Under the pieces are notes generated by a model, which saw only the letters and a program-made list of their open reading frames with translations, was not told the DNA's origin and made no database searches. Below, in pieces: positions 52,840-63,977 of a stretch of DNA of 63,977 nt (its first letter is position 1; each line of letters opens with the position of its first letter). The stretch is taken from NCBI RefSeq assembly GCF_001194135.2, contig NC_068990.1:67608032-67672008 (forward strand), in the 5' to 3' direction. This DNA is from Octopus bimaculoides. Its lineage: Eukaryota. Position numbers and translations under genes: made by a program.

Positions 52840-53500
52840 GTTTGTGGTTATTCACAGCAACTCATCAAACAGTTAATTAATGATTTGAACGAACTCATAA
52901 AACAACGATGATTCACAATAGCTCATTAACACCTGTGATAACTCACACCAGCTCAAGTAATTCTGAATGACTTCTTGCAACAATTCATTAGGCAGTTGGT
53001 GATAACCCATACCAACGCACAAAACAGTTAGTGATACAAAAACCACAAGTCATTGAAAGTTTGTAATGACTAACAACCAAGTTTCAAACATTTAGTGATG
53101 ACAAACAACAACAAAAAATTAAGTAATGAATTATTATTCACAGCATCAAACGCCAATGATAAACCACAACAATTCATAAAATAATTATGATTGGAGTCAT
53201 CAAGAGTTTGTTATGACTAAAGACTAAGTAAGTCTCCACACATTTGGTGATAACTGATCAAAAGAGAAACTCATGACTGATAACAAATTCTTATAATTCA
53301 TGGCATCATCAAACACCAATCTTAAACCACAACAATTCATGAAATATTGATGATTAATAGCAAGCTGTGAAACTCCAACTCATACTGGATGATGGCAAAT
53401 CACTTAATACCTACAGCAAATAAGAGGAACCAATTCTCTTAAAGTAACTCATCAAATATTAGTGATAACTCACAGAAAATCCTTATTGGTGACTGAGACA
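52840..53500. repeat. Degenerate minisatellite (core about ataactcacaacaactcatcaaacagttagtg)
   Basis: Recurrent actcatcaaa / ttagtgat / gataact / accacaacaattcat motifs. Two ~60-bp blocks repeat about 165 bp apart. Confidence 0.6.
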
Positions 53501-53754
53501 AGGTTAAGATCCGACAAAATTAACCGGGAACTAATTTCTTATACTCAGTAAATGATAAATTAGTTCCTGAAAATTAGTTCTCAGAATTACTTTAGATGGA
53601 TTAAGACAATGGTTTCAAATAATTTTCCAGATTATTTTGTTATCAAGTCATTGCCTATTTATTTTAGAATCCAAGATCTGATACATGTATTTCATAGTAG
53701 CTTTCACTACCTTAACAACAACAACAGCAGTAACAGCAACAACAACAACAACAA

Positions 53755-53972
53755 TGGCTTCAAATTTTGGCACAGGGCTAGCAAGATTGGGGGAATATGT
53801 AAGTTGATTACATTGACCCCCAGTAATCAACTGGCACTTAATTTATCAACCCTGAAAGGATGAATGTCAAAGCTGACTCTGGCAGAATTTGAACTCAGAA
53901 TGTAAAAAAATGGATGATATACTGCTAAGCATTTTGTCCAGTGTACTAATGATTTTACCAGCATACCACCTT
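53755..53972 (-). mobile_element. SINE A copy
   Basis: ttcaaattttggcacagggc...gaatttgaactcagaatgt...ccaccttaataat. Confidence 0.8.
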
Positions 53973-54597
53973 AATAATAATGATTTATTTGTTGTGGGAA
54001 CATCAGATGTGGGGTATATCACAAGGACAGTTTGCAATTTGTCTTGGGGCTTACATACAAGGGAGAGAAGAGGGAGAATACTACGAAATATACATGCAGT
54101 ATACAAAATATATGTACGCATCTGATATAATCCTCCTGATCCTGGAAGACCTCATAGATTCAGGATTAACCTTACCTCCAAAGGCTTGGACTCACACCCA
54201 ACTGCTGTTCTGAACTCTCACCCAACTGTTGTTTTCCAATGTAGAAACACATGCTTAGAGTCAATCCATTCAACCAAACTATTTCTGTAACATTCACCTA
54301 CATTTTGACAAATTCATAGTGTCTTCACTGTTGTTGTTGCCTTTTTGACAGTCCTTTGTAATCAAGTATGACTTGAAAGGAGATTTTTTTCATTTATGGG
54401 AGGGTACTTCATCCAAGATGTTCTACTCTTTTGTGGAATTATTGATGAAAGGTACCAGCGCAACCCTACCTGCAGGTATTGCACAATATCTTAATTTTAA
54501 GAAAGTATTAGATGAAAAAAAAATAATGTTTCATTGAGAGAATATATTTTTTTAAAATATATATTATTTTGAAAATAGTGAATGCCATTATTTCATT

Positions 54598-55020
54598 GTT
54601 TACCGCTTACTTGTTTCAGTTATTGGACTGTAATCATTTGGGGCATTTGTCTTGAACAGTTTTTTCTGGTCAAACAGGTCAATCCCAGCATTTTTTTTAA
54701 AGTCTGGTACTTATTCTATTAGTCTCTTTTGCTGAATTTCTAAGTTACAGGGAAAGAAACAGACCAAGACCTGTTATCAAGTAGTGGTAGTAGGGAATAA
54801 TCAACACAAATACACACACATACACACACACATACACATGCACATACACACACACACACAATAGACTTCCACACTGATTCTGTCTGCCAAATTCACTAAC
54901 AAAGCACTGATTGACCTGGGGCTATAGTAGAAAGACACTTGCCTAAGGTGTCACACAGTGGGACTGAACATGAACCCACATGATTGCAAAGCAGGCTTCT
55001 AAACCAAACAGCCATCCCTG
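54598..55020 (-). mobile_element. SINE C1 copy
   Basis: ttacttgtttcagt...ggtacttattctat...gacacttgcctaaggtgtcacacagtgggactgaac. Confidence 0.75.
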
Positions 55021-56189
55021 AGTCTATCAAATTCTATTATAATACCAAAATACCCCTCATTTTGTGAAAGCCAGAATTTTTTCACAGAACACTAACGTTC
55101 CTCTGTACCCTCATTGATAAACAATGGATAAAGTGAAAGTGATGGCATTAGAATTATTGCTATGTAGTTTCAATTTCTCCTCAGATGAAGCAGACAAAGG
55201 TACAGCTTAACCACTTAGAGAGATATTCTACATGTCTAATGGTCAATTAGCATTCTACCAGCAATTGCTCCATGATTTCATTATTTACTGAAGGTTTGTT
55301 GTCTAAGTTTTTGAGGGCTTGCAACATATGGTTCTGATTAAGAAGATTTTTCCACTTCCATGCCTTTTCTTTCTTTTTGTTTTTGCTGCATGACCAAAAT
55401 TGAAGGATTCTGTTCACAGCCAATAGGTACATCTTGGATCAAAAGGGTGGAGTAATATTAGAGAAGTTTATGTCAATCCTTAGTATCTAAAGATTGGTGA
55501 ACTGTGAAAATAAATGGGAAGGAAGTGGGTTCTAGAACGGTAGTTATTGAAATGAAAGATTACATGCAATGTTTGCTTCAGTGTTTTAAAGTGAGAAATA
55601 GCATAAGTGAGAAGAAGAGAAGCAAAGCAATTTGAAAAGAAAACGTTTAGTAAGAGTGTGTATATGTAAGAATGTGTGTATGTGTGTGTGTATGTGTTTG
55701 TTGAATGTTTGTTGTGCTTGTTTGATGTGTGTGTGTGGTTAAATTTTGCAAAAGAAAACAAATATAGGAAAGTCTTAGGAGAGTATCTGCAACATAAATC
55801 CTCAGTTCTTGGTTAGAAAAAAAAATCAAATATTCTTGTGATCTTAGCAATCTCTAACGTCCCTTTGGTTTACAGTAAAGAAGGAAAAGAAAGAATAGAT
55901 GTGAAGAAATAAGATAAAACAGTGAACAGGTTAGTGGTAGTGGTGGTGGTGGCAGTGATAATGGTTGGGAGAAAGAGAGAAATATGGAAATGCGGAGAAT
56001 GATATCTGCATCATAGTTTACACACACACACAATGCAAATATGTGAGCCAATAAGAGGGATTTTAGGGAAGTTCCTGGTATTTCGAGTAGCCAAATATTT
56101 GCCAATCATACTCTTCTGTGTTAAAAATTTAATGAGATACTGGATAAGGTAAACTTAGTGACATTACATCCAAAGAAGTACATCATCAC

Positions 56190-56462
56190 CATCAGCCTCT
56201 GGACGTTACTACCTTCGGTCTTTTGACTTACAAGGCTGGTTACCTGGTTTCCACAGTGTGTGAGTGACCAAGATCACAAATATCCCTGCAGACAAGAATG
56301 GCAGTCTGTCACAGGATTACTCATTTAGAGTTGAGTGGACTGGAGTAACATAAATTGAACTATTCTGCTCAAGAACAATAATTCATTGTTCACTCCAGAG
56401 ATTGAAACCACAATCTTGTGTTTGTGAGTGCAACACCCTAACCACTAGACCACTTGCCTTCA
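56190..56462 (-). mobile_element. SINE family H-type copy
   Basis: ttactcattt...gagtggactggag...ctgctcaagaac...gattgaaaccac...ccctaaccactagaccac. Confidence 0.65.
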
Positions 56463-57349
56463 TCAAAGACCTCTACTCACCCTCAAAAGAGCATACAACA
56501 TTCATTGCAGGAATGTCATTGGTTTTAGGTCTGTCCCATCAGAACTGACCAAAAGTCTAAATAACATTAGCAGCAAGCACATGAAGGTATTTGGCTTGAA
56601 ATGTACTGAAGTTTTTTGAAGTGTATTTTGAATTATATTAAGAAATAAAATAGATGTAGATATATATGTATGAATAAAGATAGGAAGAGTCGCTCACTGT
56701 GTGTATGTATAAGTTGATGTGTGTATAGGAATGGTTGACCTCAGCAGAATTTGAACACAGAATATAAAGATAGATGTAATGCCACTAAGCATTTTACACA
56801 GCATGCTAATGCATTGTGTCTATGAGTTTGTGTGTATCAAATACATCCTCCCTCATCAAAAAAGACAAGTTCTTAAAAGTAACGAATTCTGAATTAAAAT
56901 ATGTAATTATTTGTTAATAATTAACAAATAACAGCAAGTTTTGATGTTTACCTTTCATTATTCTGTGATTAATGAGGTAAGTAATTAACTAAAATATACT
57001 GTTGGTAAGTTAATCAACTACTATAGGTTGCTATACTAGCAAACATTCTTACATTTTAGGTGACCAGTTATAATTTTGTACATCGTATTTCCAACAACTG
57101 AAACCTGAAATACTTTACTGTTAAACTGAGTTGAGTTGAAAGATAAAAGACAGTAGAATTTAGATATATTCAAATGTAGTTGTTCCAATGTTGGATCCTT
57201 TCTTAGAGAAATGAAGAGATGTTTCAACTATAACCTTAACCTTTTACAAATGAACCTTGTGACTAAGAAATTCCCATATTTGATGGCTTAAAAGATATAT
57301 GGCCATATTAGATGCTTCGCATTTTCAACAGCACATAATCAGGAAAAAG

Positions 57350-57567
57350 TTTACATTGATTTCAAATTTTGACATAAAGCCAGCAATTTTGGGGGGATGG
57401 GTAAATTGATTACATCGACCCCTGTGCTCAACTGGATCATATTTTATCAACCCTAAAAAGATTAAAGGCAAGGTTGACCTCAGCAGAATTTGAACACAGA
57501 ATACAAAGGTAGATGAAATGCTGCTAAGCATTTCACACAGCATGCTAATGATTCTGCCAGCTTGCTG
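57350..57567 (-). mobile_element. SINE A copy (plus a closely similar fragment at 56733-56810)
   Basis: gattacatcgaccc...aaaggcaaggttgacctcagcagaatttgaacacagaat. Confidence 0.8.
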
Positions 57568-57644
57568 CATAATTGGCAAATAATATTAAAATCAATCTAG
57601 TAGTACATAGCAAAACATTACAAATGTACCTTAACTATAAAGAG

Positions 57645-57980
57645 TAAAGACCCCCTTCAGTCATGAATGACCATGGGATTCACCTAGAAAGTTCCCCTCT
57701 GAGGCACAAGTCTGGGCAAGGTTGCTTATGAAAGACCAGCAGTCACTCATGGATGTCAGTCTCCCCTCTCTATACTACTGATGTTATTCAACGGAAAGAC
57801 AAAGGCTGATACAGCTTGGTACCAGTGATGATGCAACTCATTTCTACAGCTGAGTGAACTGGAGCAACATGAAATAAAGTGTCTTGCTCAAAAACAAAAC
57901 ACATAGCCCAGTCTGGGAATTGAACTCACTACCTCACAATTGTGAGCCTAATGCTCTAATCACTGAGCTATGTACATTCA
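57645..57980 (-). mobile_element. Full-length SINE family I
   Basis: gtaaagacccccttc...tgagtgaactggagcaacatgaaataaagtgtcttgctca...gggaattgaactc...ctctaatcactgagc. Confidence 0.8.
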
Positions 57981-58369
57981 ACTTCTTTAACTATAGCAGG
58001 AAATATTACTGTATATAAAAGTCAGGTTAGGTAGAAGAAACCATCTGAATCAAAATTAGCATTTAGTAGTGAATATCAGGAACCAAATTAGCCTAATAGA
58101 AGCCCAATCTTGCATATAGGACTCGAGGTAATTTTTGGGTGGCAATTTTTTGTTGGGGAAAAAGTGCATTTTATATGTCATCAAATACGGTTCTCACGCT
58201 GTTTGACCATCACTCACACTAGTAGTCTACCAAACCATTGGATTTGGCATAGAAATGTTTTATTGTTGATGTTAAATGTGGTTATGAATCTTAGCATTAG
58301 AAAAGTGATTTTCAGTGTAAGCACATCCTCAAAAAAGAAAGCAAACCAATGAAAGAATATCTATATAAT

Positions 58370-58560
58370 TGCTCAATCTGCTGGAAATAGCAGTCATATT
58401 TCCCTCAAATAACATAGCTTTATCTTAAAAAGGAACATATTAGATAATGGGGTCATGAGTTTCCTACATATAGAAAATAGATTAGATTGTCACGACTGGA
58501 ATGTCTTTGATCAGACATGTGCCCTATCAGGAGCTGATGTGGGGTTAAACAAAGAGAATG
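58370..58560 (+). mobile_element. Probable further SINE 3' end (family K)
   Basis: ctgctggaaatagcag...ccctcaaat...ctggaatgtctttgatc...gagctgatgtggggttaaacaa. Single copy in this window, recognised from memory only. Confidence 0.35.
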
Positions 58561-59059
58561 ACATCATTACTATTTTACTGCAACCCACTCTCTAAAATCC
58601 TTCTGCTTTGTAAATCTTTACCTATCTCTGGGTCATATAGTTCTGGCCTGCTTTTAATTTTGAACTCTTAAAAAATTGACACAAACCTTTCTTTCATCTA
58701 CCACATTCTTTTATCAAAGTATGATTCATAAAACTCATAGAAATCCTAAGGTAGAGACATTTATCTTCTTAAACAAAACATTTATAAGATCTGTAAAAAT
58801 AATGATGTTCTTTCAGTTTAAAACGAGGACAGATCATGAAGAAATCAGTTAGATTGAATCTCAGCATATTACTGGCATCAGATATTTATTTTATTTGTCA
58901 CATGGGATTAGTCATGTAGCTCCTCTACAGCAAGAAACCTGTCCTACTGTTGCTCCTTCTCGCATAATTTAACCCATTATCTCCTAGAATAAAGCCACCT
59001 TCTCAAGATTTGTAGTCATGCAAACTGCATAGGAATCTCACAGATGCTGGTAACATAAA

Positions 59060-59230
59060 AAGAAAAGTACTCGACACATTCTGTAGAATAGATGGCATTA
59101 GAAAAATGTAACCATCAATAGAAAGCATGTCAAAGCGTTGAAACATGATATAGCCCTGAACTCTGTCGGATTCTGTCAAACCATCCAACTCATGCCAGTA
59201 TGGAAGATAGACATTAAAAGATGATGATGA
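59060..59230 (+). mobile_element. Family D 3' end
   Basis: caaaccatccaactcatgccagtatggaagatagacattaaaagatgatgatg. Confidence 0.65.
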
Positions 59231-59771
59231 TGATTTTGAATTTCCTCTTTGCTAGGTTTTGTTTCCAAAATGAAAGTGTAACTACAAATTACTGAACAAA
59301 ATGGAATGGGTGAAGGTGTGTGTGTTTTGGAATTGGAATGCAAAAAAAAAAAAAAAAAAAAGTTGGGAACTGCTGGTCAGAATAGTTTCTTAAGCTCATA
59401 AAGAGAATGAGCTACTTAAGATTAGATCAGGAAATAAAAATAAATTTTATTAGAAGTATTTTGTCAAATGTTTTCTTTTGAGGACACAGAGATAATGAAA
59501 TAGTAAATGTAGGTATGAATATGGCAAACTATGAAATGGTGGGTAACAGAAAGGAAATATGGACAGATGGAGAAAAATTGCTGTAGGAGTGGAGATGTAG
59601 AGCTATATCTTGGGAATGGTACAATATGGTAATTCTGATATGATAGTTAGATCAGGCATCATGGGGGGGAAAAATGATATAGGAGAGATGGAATTTGGTG
59701 ACAGTATTTATTATTGCAATGAGATATTGGAATGTCTGATTCATACTGTCACAAGACAAGAGATATTGAAT

Positions 59772-60075
59772 TGGTGGTGGTGATGGTTGTAGTGGTGGTG
59801 GGGATGGTGGTGGTGGTGATGTTGGCAGCGATGATGGTGGTGATGATAGTGGTGGTGATGAGGGTGGTGGTGATGCTGGGGGAGATGGTAGTGGTGATGA
59901 TGGTGGTGGTGGTGGTGGTGATGAGGATGATGGTTGAGATGATGATGATGATAATAGTGAGCGATGGTGGTAGTAGTGAGGGTTGTGATGATGATGATGA
60001 TGATGATGATGATTGTGGTGATGTTTAAGATGACGATCATTATGATGACGACAGTGGGGATGATGGTGTTGATAA
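59772..60075. repeat. Degenerate (GGT/GAT)n mosaic
   Basis: Read directly from the sequence. Confidence 0.9.
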
Positions 60076-60455
60076 TGACAGTTTTTCCCTTTCCATAATC
60101 AAACGTCATTTCTTCAAAACCATTTTAATTTATTTCACAACGTTACGTCAAGCTTAATGTTGGCATGGTAGGTAAAAATGCAAGTGAGATGTCAAATGCG
60201 AAATATTTTAGAATATTTCAGTGTAATAGGTATTGAAACTAGAAATATATCTACCACACTTACAATGAAACATAATTTGAGAATGTTTTTTTTAGCTGTT
60301 TATTAATGTTTTTTATTGTTTTGTAAATCATTTTTGTAGAGACAACAAAATATTTAAAATACTGTCACTTAATCTTCCTCCTAACTCTGTTTTAGAAAGA
60401 AGTTCATAATATATTGGTAATAAGCTTGAATCACCTACATGTGTGAGTGTGTGCA

Positions 60456-60490
<35 letters not shown>

Positions 60491-60563
60491 CGTCATACTA
60501 ATATATACTTTTGTTATTTACACCACCTGTCCTCGTCTGTTGTTATTATTTGTATATTCTCCC

Positions 60564-60600
<37 letters not shown>

Positions 60601-61239
60601 TATACATATATATATAAATACATATATATACATATATACATACATACATATACATAAATACATACATATATATGACGATGATGATGATATATGCATATAT
60701 GTATGTATATATGTATATACATGTATATATACATGTATATATGTACATACATATATATACATGTTTCTGTGTATATGCATATGTGTATGTGTACACATAC
60801 ATGCACACACACACACACACACACACATACATATTTTATATCTATATAAAATGATGTTTTTTTGTGTGTATGAGAAGAGAATAAGAGCAGCTGTCAAGCA
60901 AAGAAGCAATGTAGAGAGATATGTAGATGTGGAGAAACACAAATGAGATACAAATATAGCTCGATTATAATTACATTTTTCACGAACATAAGTAATTTTA
61001 ACATGGACATATTGATAGCAAAACACATTAAGCAACAGGAAGTATGTAGAGAATGAATATCTCTGCGAAACATTGTTTAAAACAGGTTCTAGTGTAAGAA
61101 TAATTCGGAGGATACTTGTTGGGTAATGAAGAAATGCCAATGTTAAAGAATTCAGATTAGGTACCATTACTGTCATATGAGACACTTTGGCAAAACCATT
61201 TTGGCAGTACTTATTTGGTATTATTTTTTATTTTTTATC

Positions 61240-61481
61240 TTCTATTTGTTTCAGTCATTAGACTCAGGTGGCCATAGTGGGGTACTGCCTCGAGAAATTT
61301 TAGTTGAACTAATTGACCTCAGTGCTTATTTTCTTTATAAGCCTGATACTTATTCTATTGGTCTCTTTTGCTGAACCAGTAAGTTATGGGAATGTAAACA
61401 CACTAACACCAGTGGTCAATCAGTGGCAGGGGGGGGGGGAAACACAGACACAAAGGCACACACAAAAACAGATATATATAT

Positions 61482-61533
<52 letters not shown>

Positions 61534-61685
61534 GGTTTCTTTCAGTTTTTGTCTACCAAATCCACTCATAAGGCTTTGCTCAGTCTGGTGTTATAGTAGA
61601 AGACACTTGTCTAAGGTGCCACACAGTGGAAGTGAACCTGGAACCATGTGGCTGGATAGCAAACATCTTACCAAACAGCCCAGGT
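61240..61685 (-). mobile_element. SINE C1 copy with expanded internal (TA)n
   Basis: ttgtttcagtcattagac...tacttattctattggtctc...ccaaatccactcataaggc...gtggaagtgaacctggaacc. Confidence 0.8.
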
Positions 61686-61728
61686 ATCTTAATGTTTCTC
61701 TCATCTGTCTGTGTCTGTCTTTCTGCCC

Positions 61729-61732
<4 letters not shown>

Positions 61733-61810
<78 letters not shown>

Positions 61811-61820
61811 TCTCTCTCTT
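61733..61820. repeat. (CT)n microsatellite
   Basis: Read directly; accounts for the ERERER/SLSLSL ORFs. Confidence 0.95.
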
Positions 61821-62435
61821 TCTAAGTCTATTTTCAATTGATAAATTGTAATATTTCTCTTTTTCTACCTCACTCTTTCTACCTGTATGCATATGTTTCT
61901 GCACACACATGTATGTGTCCATGCGCATGTGTGAGCTTTTCTTCAGCATTCAAAAATACTGTCACTGAAACAGGCTGAATGTCCACTCAACTGTGCCAAA
62001 CCATCTGTGCTCAAACTGCAGCACCCTATTGTCTCATTCTGCCAATACTGAGAGTGAGATAGTCCGACATGAAGGACATGGAATTAAAGAGGGATGTGAT
62101 GGTTTTTTAAGATACAATCAGCTTGCACATTCCGTAGAAAATATTTAAAAATTCAGTAACATAGATGATGTCTCACAAGAAGACGTTTATGAATAAAGAC
62201 TGAGAGCAGAATGGTTGTTGCCACTGCAGATGACAGTGTAGATTTCTCTTTTAGAACCAACCCAGTAACAGTTTGGTTGCAAGCAATGATTCTAGTACTT
62301 CAGAGATTCCATATTTTTGACTGGCTTGGAATTATGCTGCTTGCTTTATTACTTGGTCTGTTGTTGAGTAAATATGCACAGTGGATTTTTAAGAATGGTT
62401 CCTCCAACTTTACAGACTTGTATTCTTTTTTTTTT

Positions 62436-62820
62436 CATTCTTTTATTTGTTTCGGTCATTTGACTGCAGTCATGCTGGAGTACCGCTTTCGTTGAGCAAA
62501 CCGACCCCAGGATTTACTCTTTGTAAGCCTAGTACTTATTCTATCAGTCTCATTTGCTGAACTGCTAAGTTATGGGGACGTAAACACACCAGCATCGGTT
62601 GTCAAGCAATGTTGGGGGGACTAACACAGACACACAAACATATACATGCATATATATACGACAGGCTTCTTTCAGTTTCCATCTACCAAGTCCACTCTCA
62701 AGGCTTTGGTCAGCCCATGGCTATAGTAGATGACACTTGCCCAAGGTGCCACATAGTGAGACTGAACCCGGAACCATGTGGTTGGTAAGCAAGCTACTTA
62801 CCGCACAACCACTCCTGCGT
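62436..62820 (-). mobile_element. Well-preserved full-length SINE C1
   Basis: tttgtttcggtcatttgactgcagtcatgctggag...gaccccagg...cacttgcccaaggtgccac...gaacccggaaccatgtggttggtaagcaagctacttacc. Confidence 0.85.
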
Positions 62821-62830
62821 CTACGTATGG

Positions 62831-63056
62831 TTAACTCTAACATTCAGATTACTCTATCAAACATGATGCTTATTTATTCAAATCGTTTCGATTTAATCAA
62901 ACACTATCTCATGGCTTTGAGATTTTGAAGATGTACTTGTATATTTTTAGAATGATATTTTAGGGTAGATGAAAAAGGCCAGATCTGGCTAGTTTGAACA
63001 TAAAACATGGAAGATATTTGGGCTGGATATGGTGGGTTTAAATGCTTAAGAGTTAA
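62831..63056. mobile_element. piggyBac-like MITE with TTAA ends
   Basis: TTAA-ctct-aacattcaga ... tttaaatgcttaagag-TTAA: imperfect TIR (ttaactct..a.catt). Confidence 0.6.
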
Positions 63057-63159
63057 TGTCTCTGTTTAGATAACTCAAAGATATCTTAATTTGTTCTGAT
63101 TAGGACTCTAATGTAGCTTCACAAGGCAAAGGTTATATTGAATATAATCTTGGTAAAAA

Positions 63160-63345
63160 TCAACATTTGGGGAGGGACTAGTTGAGTACATCAACCCCAG
63201 AACTCAATTTGTACTTTATTTTATCAACCTCAAAAGGATGAAAGGCAACAGTTGAGCTTAGCTGCATCTGAACTCAGAATGTAAAGAGCTGGAAACAATT
63301 TTGCTAAGCATTTTTTCCAATGTACTAATGCTTTTTCTAGCTCAC
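63160..63345 (-). mobile_element. SINE A copy
   Basis: gtacatcaaccccag...aaaggatgaaaggc...tgaactcagaatgtaaag. Confidence 0.75.
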
Positions 63346-63977
63346 AGCCTTTACATGAAATATAAGTGTTAAAACTGAAACTTGGTGCCACACTAAATAT
63401 TGACAACACCTTTACCGAAACATTCAACCATTTTGCTGTCTCCATTTCATATCACATAATAGCACATTCACAAACAAGTTTTCATTCACAGAAGAAAAAT
63501 AAACAAATAAATAGATAAATGAATAACTATGGAAGAAAACTTGTTTTGAATTCAATATTTTTATACTTTTTTCTCTAATAATTCAAACTTTTCTTAAAAT
63601 ATTTTGATTGAATCCAAGAGTCGGATGAGAAAAAAATATAAAATAAAGTCAATATGACTGGGAGGAAAAAGTTAAAAAAAAAAAATGAAAAATGAAGAAA
63701 TGGAAAGAAAAGGTATGATAAAACAAAAAAAAAAAAAATACAAAGATGACCTGACAATAAAAAGAATAATTTTTTGATAGTTTCAGAGATATAATTTATC
63801 ATGGAGAAAAATAGGTTGTAATTAGAGATTGAAATCACAACTCATATAAGTTGAGAGACGTGTAATCTTTTTTCAGTAAGAATAGAACAATAGAAGTTTC
63901 AATTGCTGGTGTGTCTCTCTCTCAAAAATCATGATGATATGTATTAAATTTTCTATGAAACCATACATCTGTATATT

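Noticed and set aside
60514-61185. 223-aa minus-strand ORF
   Set aside because: About half is microsatellite; the unique half has no motif or splice support.
62211-62495. 94-aa plus-strand ORF with a hydrophobic stretch
   Set aside because: Runs into a SINE tail, has no homology cues and is of a length expected by chance.

Overview
AT-rich eukaryotic DNA with nine assembly gaps (about 3.0 kb of N, mostly flanked by (TA)n). The repeat landscape (tRNA-headed SINEs nested in AAT/CAT/TG microsatellites) looks like a coleoid cephalopod, probably Octopus; this is my recognition, not proof. Almost every ORF in the supplied track is a microsatellite or N-gap artefact. The one well-supported host exon is missing from the track: a 195-nt, phase 1-1, minus-strand exon at 1127-1321 encoding a complete Sushi/CCP domain that resembles, from memory, the second CCP of LEV-9/Hasp synaptic scaffold proteins. 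A short terminal exon may follow at 953-928. The remaining ~62 kb looks like upstream intron or intergenic DNA filled with repeats: roughly 45 copies of an (ATT)n-tailed SINE arranged in same-strand trains, several modular SINE families sharing heads but not tails, two R4/Dong (RLE) relics (one inserted into (TAA)n), RTE and CR1/L2 fragments, hAT, Tc1/mariner and piggyBac MITEs, and a ~625-bp foldback. Repeat boundaries were read by eye and are approximate (about +/-20 bp) unless stated as exact. Family letters (A, B, C1, C2, D, F, H, I, J, K) are my own labels.
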